DNA from: Octopus sinensis
Taxonomy: Eukaryota
Direction of reading: 5' to 3'
Assembly: GCF_006345805.1 (NCBI RefSeq)
Contig: NC_043010.1
Location: 7,998,001-8,062,000, forward strand
Length of the DNA stretch: 64,000 bases
Shown here: positions 50,491-62,873 of the stretch, one piece after another
How the letters are laid out: the number at the start of each line of letters is the position of its first letter
Position numbering within the stretch: the stretch's first letter is position 1
Position numbers and translations under genes: made by a program
The notes under the pieces: generated by a model
What the model was told of the DNA's origin: nothing
What the model saw: only the letters and a program-made list of their open reading frames with translations
Databases searched by the model: none

Positions 50491-51225
50491 GACAAATAAT
50501 AGATAGCATTTAATTCATTAACAATAGCAACGTGAGTGTTTAGATAACATATGATTAAATGAATTAGATACAGGTATTGATGCCACTCAGTTTCCGAACC
50601 ATTGTAAACTGACAGGTGTGCTTTACATCAATTGTTAAACTTATTCATGAATAAGACACAAACAAATTTATATGCATATGCTTAATAAATATATATTTAG
50701 CTTGACTGTGTAAATAGGCTTAAATATCAGAGCTCTCATTGCAGGATGAAGTTATCCACAAAGTGTTGATTAATGGTGTAATTAATATGCATTGTCAGTG
50801 AAAATTGGAAGTATTTGTTCAGACTTATTGCACTCTGAGTTCAGTTCCCATTGAGGTCAACGTTGCTTTTCATCTTTTCAAGAGGTGGAGATCAATAAAA
50901 AGATAACAATTCATGGTAACAAATTAGCAGAACTGTTATAGGATCAACAATGGGGGGCAGGTTTGATTAGCTGGGAATCCCCTAGTTCAGAGCCATATAC
51001 TGGTGGCTCTTAAGTGAAGGTCATCCTATCTATTCATGAAGTGTTTATTGTGGGTGTTTGGCAGTTTTAGGATGCAACTGAGCTGACTTATTCAGGATCA
51101 CAACATCCCACCGCATATGGGAAAGCCCTTATGAAAGATGGGGTAAACATCAGACACCACCTTTTTTTTTTTCTCTCTCTGACTGGCTTACCACAGCTAT
51201 TGGTGACTCACTACAGCAGTAGCAA

Positions 51226-51420
51226 GTGGAGGCACAATGGCCCAGTGGTTAGGGCAGTGGACTCGCCGTCAGAGGATCGCAGTTTCGATTCCGAGACCGG
51301 GCGTTGTCTGTGTTTATTGAGCAAAAACACCTAAAGCTACATGAGGCTCCGGTAGGGGTTGGTGGCGACCCCTGTTGTATTATTTCGCTCCAACTTTCTC
51401 TCACTCTTTCTTCCTGTATC
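51226..51420 (+). mobile_element. SINE-D head and CORE module of the D4 chimera
   Basis: GTGGAGGCACAATGGCCCAGTGGTTAGGGCAGTGG...TTTCGATTCCGAGACC, collinear with other D copies up to the pyrimidine tract. Confidence 0.88.
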
Positions 51421-51643
51421 TTGTCCCCAACTTCCTATGCAACTGCTAAGCCTGGATGCGCATTCATCCATCCGTCGATGCTCTCGGTGTTGGAGGTTGA
51501 CCTGCTTTCTCTTCTGCGGGTGTTACGAATAGCAAAGGACCACGTTTCGGACTTCTCCCATCTTGCGAGCTCTGGGACGAAGACTGTCCACTCAACAGCA
51601 ACAGCAACAGCAGCAACAGCAAAGCAAGAACAATAAAAAAAAA

Positions 51644-51830
51644 ACTTCTCTTACAGTGGGAACTTGGAATGTGCATACACCCCTAGACCTGGATTGCTGG
51701 GATTGATCCTACAGGTGCACTGCTCTAGTAAGCAAAGAGCTGAATCGTTATAATGTGGATATCATAGCCTATCTGAAAGAGAACTTGCTGGCAAGGGCAG
51801 TCTTTGAGAATAAGAAATAAATTACACCTA
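51644..51830 (+). pseudogene. RTE LINE ORF N-terminus (AP endonuclease start), preceded by a putative RTE 5'UTR at 51421-51643
   Basis: TSLTVGTWNVHTPLD...RCTALVSKELNRYNVDIIA/LSE.ELAGKGSL matches the RTE/BovB pattern GxWNVRTLLD...RRTAL..EL.RY.IDIAALSETR. Confidence 0.82.
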
Positions 51831-51983
51831 CAGGGTCAAGTGAGATGCCTTTAGGATTTGTTCTGCATTTTGTGCATTCTGTTTTTCTGATGCAATCTCA
51901 AATCGACCAATAGATTGAAAGTGGAATTTAGTTGGTAGAAACTGTGCAGAAGCTCATTGCACGTTTTCACCCCTCTCTACCCT

Positions 51984-52039
<56 letters not shown>

Positions 52040-52314
52040 CAGGCCATCAGATGTTGTTACACATCGCTGGTCACAATGCGCTTCGCATTGTTTTAGCCTT
52101 CAAATGACGCCACCCCGCTGGCTAAGCGAGTAGGCCAATATATATATATATATATATATATAATAAGGTCAACACTAAAATAAGCACAGAGATTAATATG
52201 TCTGACTAAAACTGTTCAAGATGGTGTCCTAGAATTGCATCAATCCAATGAGAGAAACCAGTGTAAGAGTGCCTAAAGGAGGACCAGCAATATTAACATG
52301 ATTATCTTATATAT

Positions 52315-52628
52315 GTGGAGGCGCAATGGCCCAGTGGTTAGGGCAGCAGACTCGCAGTCGGAGGATCACAGTTTCAATTCCCAGACTGAGCATTGTGTGT
52401 GTTTATTGAGCGAAAACACCTAAAAGCTCCACAAGGCTCTGGCAGGGGGTGGTGGCACCCCTGTTGTACTCTTTTGCCCCAACTTTCTCTCACTCTCTCT
52501 TGTTTCTTGAGTAATGCTGCGATGGGCTGGTGTCGTGTCCAGCTGGGGGGAACACATACGCCACAGAAACTGGGAAAGCTGGTCCATGAGCCTGGCTAGG
52601 CTTGAAAAGGGGCAACATTTATCATTTT
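52315..52628 (+). mobile_element. SINE family D, variant D3
   Basis: D head plus D3 tail; TCTTATATATGTGG repeated at both ends. Confidence 0.87.
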
Positions 52629-52930
52629 CTTATATATGTGGGCTATCTGACAAAGAAGTGTATTCATATAACTGCAGACATTTTCTCTCCAATGTATGTT
52701 CTGTGAGTGGAGACTTAAACATGTCTGATGTACTGCCTCTAGTTCAAGTATACAAAATCAACCATCTCAAGTTGCTAATATTTAAACTGAGGGTGAGGTG
52801 GGGTGAGAGGATTAGCAGAAACAATAGAGCATCTGACAAAATCCCTTGTGGTATTAGTTCTAGCTCTTTATGTTCTGAGATCAAATCCTGCTAAGGTCAA
52901 CTTTGTCTTTTATCCTTGATGCATCAAATA

Positions 52931-53486
52931 TTGTGTTGTCTGGAAAGTTCGTGCCAATTCTTAAAGGAAAGAAAAAGGTCAATAAATACTTGCCATTACA
53001 TTTTTAATCAACAAAATATGAACCACAATGCGTTTCCATCTTCCCTTTAACTTGAAAATACCCTCTTCCCAGAATTGGGGTGTTTTCATGGCAAAGAATT
53101 CATCAAGGTATGTTTTTACATCATCCAAGGAATTAAAATTTTTACCATTAAGACTATTCTGCAGAGACCTGAATAAGTGGAAATCCGAAGGAGCAATATC
53201 TGGTGAATATGGAGGGTTGGGTAACACATCCTAGCCGAGCTGCAGCAATTTTTGTCTGCTTCCCAAAGCATCAAGTGCCATAAATGAACTTTCTTATCTT
53301 CCATTTTAAAGGGTTACAGAATAAATACAGGTTATAGGAACATAAACCTTCTTCCACGAAAAGATAGCTTAAACTGTGCTCTAAATGGAAGTGTAGTCAA
53401 ATCCTATTTTATGGACTCAACCATGTTCTAAAATAAGTTGAAAGGTAAGCTACTATAAATCAGCACAAACTTTCTGGACAACCCAA
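52931..53486 (-). mobile_element. Internally deleted mariner element
   Basis: ~30-bp TIRs (TTGTGTTGTCTGGAAAGTTCGTGCC / TTGGGTTGTCCAGAAAGTTTGTGCT), TA flanks; MEDKKVHLWHLMLWE fused to RQKLLQLG*DVLPNPPYSPDIAPSDFHLFRSLQNSLNGKNF. Confidence 0.92.
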
Positions 53487-54039
53487 TAAAATAATGGTAT
53501 AATACTGGGGTCAAAAATATCAACTAACCTCCTACCCCATACTTCAGGCTTTGTGTCTGGAGTGGTATCATTCATTTTACCAAAACCTTCCATCAAAAAT
53601 TTATGTAATAAACTTTTGTTAAATAATGTTTCAAACAACAGCTTTGTTATCATCATCATCATCTAAAGTCTACTTTTCTATGCTTGCATAGGCCAGATAG
53701 AATTTGTACACCTCTTTCTTTTGCTAAGCCTTACTTGTTTCCAAATAAGGTAATATTTTCCTCATGGCAAGACATATTTTCATGGAAATTAGAGATTCCG
53801 CTTATATGATGGTGAGACTTGTTTATTGATAATCCCATCATGTCAAAATAAGGACACAAACATATAAACACACACAATACACACACATACACATGCACAT
53901 ACAACAGGCTTCTTTCAGTTTCCATCTACCAAATACACTCACAAGGCTTTGGTCAGCCCAAGGCCGTAGTAGAAGACATTTGCCCAAGGTGTCATGCAGT
54001 GAACTGAACCTGGATCCATGTGGTTGGGAAGCAAGCTTC

Positions 54040-54452
54040 TTATTTCTTTACTACCCACAAGGGGCTAAACATAGAGAGGACAAACAAGGACAGACAAAGG
54101 GATTAAGTCGATTATATCGACCTCAGTGCATAACTGGTACTTAATTTATCGACCCTGAAAGGATGAAAGGCAAAGTCGACCTCGGCGGAATTTGAACTCA
54201 GAACATAAAGACAGACAAAATACCTATTTCTTTACTACTCACAAGAGGCTAAACAGAGAGAGGACAAACAAGGACAGACAAATGGATTAAGTCAATTATA
54301 TCGACCCCAGTGCATAACAGGTACATATTTAATCGACCCTGAAAGGATGAAAGGCAAAGTTGACCTTGGTGGAATTTGAACTCAGAACGTAACAGCAGAC
54401 GAAATACTGCTAAGCATTTTGCCTGGCGTGCTAACATTTCTACCATCTCGCT
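54040..54452 (-). mobile_element. SINE family C, dimeric form, inserted among SINE-A head fragments (53890-54040, 54470-54640)
   Basis: Same junction ACAGACAAAATACC|TATTTCTTTACTAC as 10638-11057. Confidence 0.87.
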
Positions 54453-55751
54453 ACCACACAGCTACACCTGTGCTTATATGACGGGCTTCTTTCAGTTTCC
54501 ACCAGTCAGATGCACTCACAAGGCTTTGGTTGCCCAAGGGCTGTGGGAGAAGACACTCGCCCTGAGTGCCACACTATAGGATTGAACCCGGAACCACATA
54601 TTTAGAAAGCAAACTTCTTAACTACATAGCCATGCCTGCACCTTTTAATAAAAACAAGAATACCATAATAAGGAAAATAATGTTACTAAATCTCCACAAA
54701 TTCTTGATTATTTTTACAGTTAATTACAACATATACACACAATGTATTTCATTAGAGATGTGGTCACAAAAGGGTTAAAAACATATGGTCCAAACCATAA
54801 GTAGGCAGAAGTAATTGTTAATGGAAATTTGGCTTTTATAGTGAGTAGGACAAGCAACTACCTGTGTGCGTTATAACAGGCAGATGTTTACAGTTTAGTT
54901 TGCCAGTTGTGTCTCTGTCTTTACTGCTACCAAGCCTAATATTTTAAAAGCTTTTGTTGCTTTTCCAACTTTCCACTGACATATTGCTTTATTAATGAAC
55001 AAACAGGCGCATTCACAGTCATGTATGTGTATGTGCATTTATGTATGAGTGTGTGCATATGCACGGCTTATACGACAGTTTTATACAAGGAGTCTCTAAC
55101 TGGTTGTTTGAGCGGCTGGAAATAGCAGTCAAAATTTCCCTTAAATCAGACCTTACAGACTTAAAAACAAATGGACATATTAGATAATGTAGTCCTATAT
55201 ATACCTCTGATACAGATGGGATGGTCATGGCTGGAATGATTTTGAGTGTAGGTCAGCCCGATTAGAGTTGACCTGAGGCTAAACATACATTTATATTTGT
55301 ATACAAATATATAGCAGATATTTCAATAGATTTCTTTTAATTTCTAATACCTGTTTTTCCCTTTGTTAGTATCTATTCTCTTTATTCAGTTGTTTGACTA
55401 CAGCCATGCTGGAGCACAGCCTAGAAGGGTTTCAACAAAGAAATACAACCCAATATTTATCTTTTACGCCTGGTACTTATTCTGTTATCATCGTGCCCCA
55501 GCATGGCCACAGCTCGTGAGCAGAAACTAGATAAAGATAAAGATGATCATTTGTTATCATCATTTGTTATCATCGAATTCTGTTGGTGTTTTATGCTGAA
55601 CTGCTAAGTTATGTGATCATAAACAAACTATGTTGCCAAGCAAGGGATGGACAAACACAAATACACAGACACACACGCACGCATACCTACATACATACAT
55701 ACATACATGTAACATATATGTTTATAATACAGATATATAAATATATATATA

Positions 55752-55847
55752 TGAGTGAATGGACAAACATAAGAAAGGGCACTCAACACATTTTCATGTA
55801 TTATTCAAAACAGTTTGATTATCTGAATCAAACAGTTTTGAATAATA
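55752..55847. mobile_element. Collapsed copy of the 18708-18928 palindromic element
   Basis: Shared GAATG(A/G)ACAAA...GGGCACTCAACACA leader; 22-bp arms TATTATTCAAAACAGTTTGATT. Confidence 0.6.
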
Positions 55848-55905
55848 ATAATAATAATGATAATAATAATAATGATAATGTGCATGAATGTACATATATA
55901 TATAT

Positions 55906-56493
55906 GAGATCATAACCTCGTGGCCTATGCCAGGGGTGTAACCAGCCCACTTATGCGTACCTTTCCTTTATTGGACACTAAACTCTGTTTGCGAAGACCT
56001 GTTGAGGCAAGTGAAATCGATTTTGAATTCGATGACTGGCATCTGTGCTAGTGGAGTGCTAAGAGCACCATCCGAGTATGATAGCTGCCAGAGCAACAAA
56101 CTGGCTTCCGTGCCGGTGGCACGTACAAGGCACGATTTGAGCGTGATCATTACCAGCGTTGCCTTACTGGCACTTGTGCTGGTGGCACATAAAAAATCAT
56201 TTGAGCGAGGTCATTGCCAGTGCCGCTGGACCAGCTCCTGTGCAGGTGGCACATAAAAAATACCATTTGAGCATGGCCGTTGCCAGTACTGCCTGACTGG
56301 CTCTCGTGCCGGTGGATCGTAAAAGCACCCACTACAGTCTCAGAGTGGTTGGCGTTAGGAAGGGCATCCAGCCAAAGAAACCCTGCCAAAACAGACATAA
56401 AGCAAGGGCAGCTCTTCAGTTGACCAGCTCCTCTCAAATCGTCCAATCTATGTCAGCATGGAAAACAGATGTTAAATGATGATGATGATGATG
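55906..56493 (+). mobile_element. Family B, near full length
   Basis: 5' CATAACCTCGTGGCC...GAAGACCTGTTGAGGCAAGTGAAA shared with 12355-12985; tandem units; (GAT)n tail. Confidence 0.82.
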
Positions 56494-56512
56494 ACAATGG
56501 TAGTGGTGTGAG

Positions 56513-56725
56513 AAGGCGGCAAGCTGGTAGAATCGTTAGCATGCCAGGCAAAATGCTTAGCGGTGTTTCGTCTGCTGCTGCGTTCTGAGTTCAAATTCCG
56601 CCAAGGTCGACTTTGCCTTTCATCCTTTCGAGGTCGATAAATTAAGTACCAGTTGTGTACTGGGGTCGATGCGATTGACTTACCCCATCTCCCAAAATTT
56701 CAGGCTTTGTGCCTATAGCAGCAAA
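56513..56725 (+). mobile_element. SINE family C, monomer
   Basis: AAGGCGGCAAGCTGGTAGAATCGTTAGC...GAGTTCAAATTCCGCC. Confidence 0.85.
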
Positions 56726-57157
56726 AAAAAAAAAAAAAATGGTAGTGACATTATCTGAAAGTGAGAGATTTGGTAGCTATTTCTTGCTCATTAAGCGACT
56801 CTCTAAACGTTTCTTTCATTAACTGACACTAGCTATGACTATGGTGATGAGTGAAAGAACACAAGATAATAAGTTGTCCTTCTCAACATTCTCAGTGTGT
56901 TTACCATTCCTTGTGATTTCATGCAATTTTTCAGTTTGGAAATCTTGCTACTGAAACTTAGTCGAAGCATATCCATAATTATACACTATCTGATTATCTC
57001 TAATCATATCATCTGATGATGTACTTCCCCTTTGTGACATCTAGCATGTCTCCATGTACAACAGCTTCACATAGCTATCCGGTATATTTCGGCATGAAGA
57101 CTGACTAATCTTATTAGAACGAAGACATAACATACAAATACAAATAAAATACACAAA

Positions 57158-57192
<35 letters not shown>

Positions 57193-57364
57193 ATAGATAA
57201 ATGAATAAAAGAGAGGAAGCAAAGAAGGTTCTTATTTCCAGCAATATGATACATTAATATCGGGTTTCATTGATACAACCTTCATTATTTGCTTCCTTCC
57301 TGTAGTTTGAATACATTATTGTAACGGTTTATATTTACTCAATGTTTATAACAAATTATTACCG

Positions 57365-57552
57365 TTGTTGTTGTTGTCATCATCATCATCATCATTATCA
57401 TCATCATCATCATTATTATCATCATTGGTGTTGAGATATTTTTTTTGTCGTGCACCATATATTAAGTTTATTGTTTTTTACTATTGCACTGCAAACATTG
57501 CTAATTTTTATTTATTCATTTTCTCTATCATTAATTATTATCATTGTTATTA

Positions 57553-57612
<60 letters not shown>

Positions 57613-57660
57613 TTATTATTATCATTGTTATTATCATTATTATTATTATTATCATTGTTG

Positions 57661-57708
<48 letters not shown>

Positions 57709-57730
57709 GTTGTTGTTGCTGTTGTTGTTG
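57365..57730. repeat. (TTG)n/(TCA)n/(TTA)n trinucleotide array
   Basis: Direct reading. Confidence 0.93.
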
Positions 57731-58812
57731 TATCACATATAATACTTTTTAGCGTTTATTGATTTCAGTGTTTTAATGTAACACTTTCTAGCTGACACCG
57801 TTTTTGATTGTTGCAATAAAACAGTTTGTTGTTTATATAGTTATAAACATGATATTTTATTGTTTGCAAGACTGCTAAGTATTCAAATAAATCTCTAAAT
57901 AAATAAATAAATATATAAAAAAAAAAGAAAATCTAATATACCTGGATTGGCTGGCCTTGTTATTTTTTTATTAATTTACTTTCACTTTTTTTTTCTATTT
58001 TTTATATATTAACACATTTTCTTCTATAATTTGGTAGGGTTTTTTTACAGCTGTACTATATCACCACCATCGTTATAGCTATGATATATCCTTAATCTTG
58101 TATTAAGTGATTTGCATTTTATGATGTATTTCTGTTGCTTTTTGTCATCTGATGAAACTGCGTACAGTATTGCTCAGTGTATTTGCTTGCTTGCTTGTTT
58201 ATTTGTTTTTGTTGGGCGAAATAATAACTCTAGGATGATTCCTGGGTAATTGTGGGAGAAGAGCGGACCATATTTTTGACATATCTTGAATAATTACTAC
58301 TATTACAGGAGATATCCATCTCTTTCCTTAGCCCATGGGATGGCTTGATTGCAGTATTGCTAGCGAAATATAACTCAGTATACTCTATGGAAGCCCATCA
58401 CATGTATGGGTTTGTGTGTGTGTGTGTGTAGGTGAATGCATGGCTATGTGATTACAAAGTTTGTTTTGAAACCGTGTAGCCTGAGGTTCAATTCTACTGC
58501 CAGGAATCTTGGGCAAGTGTCTTCTATTATAGCCCAAAGTTGAGTAATGGCTTATATATGGAATTGATAAAGAGAAACTTTATGGAAGCCCATTGTATGT
58601 CATTCTCATCATCATCCCTTAATGTCTAATTTTCCATGCTTACATGGGTCAGACAGAATTTGTTGAGGCAAATACTCCATATATATATATATATGTGTGT
58701 GTATGTGTGTGTGTGTGTATTATAGTGGGGTAGGCTGGTTAATAAAGTTACCCTAGATTTCTTGCTCATGAGGGGTTTAGCCTTACAGCACATCTTCAGA
58801 CCCCAAACACTG

Positions 58813-59206
58813 CTGGCCTGAGACCTCTTTAAAATATGAAGAGGTAAGGCCTCGTTTTTTAAGGGTAAAACCCTAGGTAATTATTTCCTTTTCCCATTGT
58901 CCATCAATCTTTGACTGTGCTGCCATCTGGCGGTCACCAAAGCACCACAGCAGAGATTTTTGGACCATGCCTGCATTTTAGAAAATTCTTCCTGGCTTTT
59001 TGGAATCTGCATGGCAGTACCACAGCCGGAAACCAATAGCCAAGGCCAAAGGGAGTCAACTATTTACCTTCGTGGGGCTTTGGTGACCACAATATGGCAG
59101 CACAGCTGAAGATTGATGGACAATGGCAAAGAGAGATAATCACCTAGGGTTTTACCCTTAAAAAACAAGGCATTCTCCCTCCATATTTTTATACGTCTCA
59201 GGCCAG
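58813..59206. mobile_element. MITE-like element with ~135-bp TIRs, superfamily unassigned
   Basis: CTGGCCTGAGAC...GGTCACCAAAGCACCAC versus GTGGGGCTTTGGTGACC...GTCTCAGGCCAG; no clear TSD. Confidence 0.8.
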
Positions 59207-59964
59207 TTAGCCGCTCTGGCAACGATCACACTTGGATGGTACTCTTAGCACCCTACTAGCACAGGCATAACTGCCAGTAAGGCAAAGCTGGCAATGATCA
59301 CACTCGAATGGTGCCTTTTATGTGCCACTGGCACAGAAGCCGGTTAGACAAAAATCTTTATAATTTTCAAAAGTAATTGAAACAAAAGTGTATTTCAACA
59401 GAAATGTCGTAACAAAAGTGTTAAAACAGTAAGGTGTGATTTGAGGGAGATTTGACCTGCTAGGTATTCCTAGCAGACCAAGGAAAGTTATAGATGCTCT
59501 CTCACCAGTTGGAATAAATTTCATTAAAGAGATTGGTCAAGAGACAGATTGTCTTGAAGTATTTAGTTCCATCCCTTAACATATATCAATTCAAATAGCA
59601 TCAGAGTTGATTTCCTCTTTCATCCTTCAGGTAGTTGATTAAGTATGAATAATTACTAAAACTGATTATACGTTGCTCCGAATTTTAGGGGCCTTTAAGA
59701 ATTAGGTCATAGACTCCATGAAAAATAGACTGATTCTCATAGGAACAGATTGTGTTCAGAATTAATTTTCACCTTGTGCAATATTATTGAGCAGTTTGGT
59801 AAATTCCTGACTGCTGTAGTCATCAGTTTCATTGATTTTAAGAAGGCATTTGACAGTTTTCTCCTGGAGTTGCTGCAGAAGATTGTACAAATTTATGGCA
59901 TAGCAACAGTTTTCCAACATCTTCAAACCCCTGTATCAACAATTTTTCTGCTATATTATAAAAT

Positions 59965-60292
59965 TTTCGATTCCCAGACCCTGCGTTGTGAGTGTTTATT
60001 GAGCGAAAACACCTAAAGCTCCACGAGGCTCCGGCAGGGGATGGTGGTGATCCCTGCTGTACTCTTTCACCACAACTTTCTCTCACTCTTACTTCCTGTT
60101 TCTGTTGTACCTGTATTTAAAAGGGCCGGCCTTGTCACTCTCTGTGTCCCGCTGAATATCCCTGAGAACTACGTTAAGGGTACACGTGTCTGTGGAGTGC
60201 TCAGCCACTTACACGTTAATTTCACGAGCAGGCTGTTCCGTTGATCGGATCAACCGGAACCCTTGTCGTCGTAACCGACGGAGTGCTTCCAC
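59965..60292 (+). mobile_element. SINE-D1, 5'-truncated at the B box
   Basis: 12-bp TSD ATATTATAAAAT at 59953-59964 and 60293-60304. Confidence 0.92.
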
Positions 60293-60668
60293 ATATTATA
60301 AAATGAGTTGGGAATACAGAGTTTTTTTGAGATGGTGACTTGTGTTCACCAGGGTTGCATTTTATCTCTTTTCTCTTTCTTCTTTGCATCAGCTTCATTA
60401 TGAAGAAGACTACGAGCAGTCCAGAGTGCAGAATAAAATAGGAAGAAGGGAGGCTGGGAGATTTTGATTTTGATGTGGATATTATGCTATGAAGCCATTA
60501 GATAGCATCCATGTAGGAAATAAGGTCCAACTTAAATGCAAACAAAGAACACACCAGACATCATCATATCAGTTAAAATGAAACACAATGAAATGATTAT
60601 TTCCTCCAGTTTGCTTCCATACCAATGTATCAAGATTAGAAATAAGGATCTGGAATATGTGAATAAAT

Positions 60669-60836
60669 TCTTGACTATGGTATGCTGGAGCAATGCCTTT
60701 AGTTGAGCAAATCGACCCCAGGACTTATTCTTTGTAAGCCTAGTACTTATTGTATCGGTGTCTTTTGCCGAACTGCTAAGTTACAGGGACGTAAACACAC
60801 CAGCATCGGTTGTCAAGCGATATGGGGGGGGGACAA

Positions 60837-60896
<60 letters not shown>

Positions 60897-61045
60897 GACG
60901 GGCTTCTTTCAGTTTCCATCTACCAAATCCACTCACAAGGCTTTGGTCGGCCCGAGGCTATCGAAGACATTTGCCCAAGGTGCCACGCAGTGGGACTGAA
61001 CTTGGAACCATGTGGTTCGTAAGCAAGCAACTTACCACTCAGACA
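60669..61045 (-). mobile_element. SINE family A inside the RTE fossil
   Basis: Matches consensus; distal tail missing. Confidence 0.87.
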
Positions 61046-61283
61046 CTCTTAATATTTTTCAAGTGATGGAAATATAGAATTTTACATCCAGGTAATACTT
61101 AAAAAGGCCACAGAAGTTTTCCAGCAACTCTAATCTGTTGGTCAAAAACTTCTGGAAATAAATTTATGCCTGTACATGTTTATGGTAGTACCAACATCTC
61201 TCAATGCCAGTGAGTCATGATAATGTTTAAGTCACATTCACGAAAAGCTTGACCTGTTTTGTAGGTGCTCTATATGAGCAATT

Positions 61284-61677
61284 GTGGAGGCGCAATGGCC
61301 CAGTGGTTAGGGCAGCGGACTCGCGGTCATAGGATTGCGGTTTCGATTCCCAGACCGGGCGTTGTGAGTGTTTATTGAGCGAAAACACCTAAAGCTCCAC
61401 GAGGCTCTGGCAGGGGATGGTGGTGATCCCTGCTGTACTCTTTCACCACAACTTTCTCTCACTCTTACTTCTTGTTTCTGTTGTACCTGTATTTAAAAGG
61501 GCCGGCCTTGTCACTCTCTGTGTCACGCTGAATATCCCCGAGAACTACGTTAAGGGTACACGTGTCTGTGGAGTGCTCAGCCACTTACACGTTAATTTCA
61601 CGAGCAGGCTGTTCCGTTGATTCGGATCAACCGGAACCCTCGTCGTCGTAACCGACGGAGTGCTTCCAAAAAAAGAA
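61284..61677 (+). mobile_element. SINE-D1, full length
   Basis: tRNA(Arg)-like head GGCGCAATGGCCCAGTGGTTAGGGCAGCGGACTCGCGG...TTTCGATTCCC; 12-bp TSD ATATGAGCAATT at 61272-61283 and 61678-61689. Confidence 0.93.
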
Positions 61678-62873
61678 ATATGAGCAATTCTGGAAAATTT
61701 CTTGGAGAGACCATGTTGCAAATGTAGTAATGGAAAGAGCTGAGTTGAAAAATTTTCAAGATATTGTGAAAAGAAGGATGAGGCACTTTGCTGGGTAAGT
61801 CCTGTATTCGAGAGAGGAAATGATATTATCCCATAAATCAATGGGTTGGATTAACAAAAGTAGGTGGCGGGGGGGGGGGCGGAAAATGGAAACCATGTTG
61901 TACTGGGAGCAGATCATATGCAGCAAATTAGTTATACAAGAAAAAGAGGAAGAAAAAAACAGAAAAAGAAGAAAAAAAAGGAAAAGAAAATGAGTGGCAA
62001 ATTGGTGACAGAGATGGAAGAAATACTTTGCCTGGGATCCCGTTGGGATTGGGCAGACTTAAGATAAAAGATAAGAGAGCCAAGTGAGAAATCAATAATT
62101 TCTGGTTGTATCATATTTTTATCTTTCATCTTGAGCTATTATTCAATTCATAATGCAATGGTATATTAATATTGGTATTAGGGTGGGGAGTTGTCGAAAA
62201 TGGTAGGGTATCAGGTATATACCTTATAATATTAAGTTACGGTTATATAAAAAGAAAAAAATAAAGAACACATTTGGTAATGTAAAAATGACATTCATAG
62301 CTGGAATGCCTTTGATTCTAGGTTAGCTCAACCAAAGCTGATATGGAACTAAATAGCAACACCAATATCAATGAATATAGAGTAAAAGTAAGGATCGTTC
62401 AGAGGTTTATAAATCCAAAATTTAAAATGCATTTAATCATGTTATATTTAAAGTATTACATTTATGTACTGTGTTCAAGTAATTGTCTTCTGAGAACGTA
62501 ATTAATTGACCATCTATTGTTTTTATATTGATGAAGCAGACTGTTTACAGATATAGACGAAAATGAATTGTAAAAGGAATAGATAATAGAAAATTTTGAG
62601 TCACTTGCTTTTTGAAAAGGGAAAACATTTTACATGTTTCTATCCTTTCAGAAAAAAAAAAAAAGAAAATGCATAAACCAATCACTCCATTCAGGCCACC
62701 AAATTGAAAAACCTTCTCATGCATAATGTTGGTGGAAACATGTAGAATCCATATGCAAGACATCCTGAAACTACATGAGAGGACTACCTGTGCATGCTCT
62801 CCAGTTGCCTTTTTGGGCACACAAACACATAAATGATTGACAGAAAGGAAAAAAAATGAAAGCCGAAGATTTT

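Larger units (their letters stand above)
59690..61930 (+). pseudogene. Decayed RTE-clade LINE (RT domain to C-terminus) split by three SINEs
   Basis: LIFTLCNIIEQ...FIDFKKAFDS...YGI; FFEMVTCVHQGCILS; LGDFDFDVDI; VVPTSLNASES; KLDLFCRC..AI/KISWRDHVANVVMERA...IVKRRMRHFAG. Confidence 0.85.

Noticed and set aside
58149-58185. CTGATGA followed by a small hairpin (similar cases at 1471 and 63703)
   Set aside because: They lack either the GAAA core or a pairing stem II/stem I, so they are not credible hammerheads.
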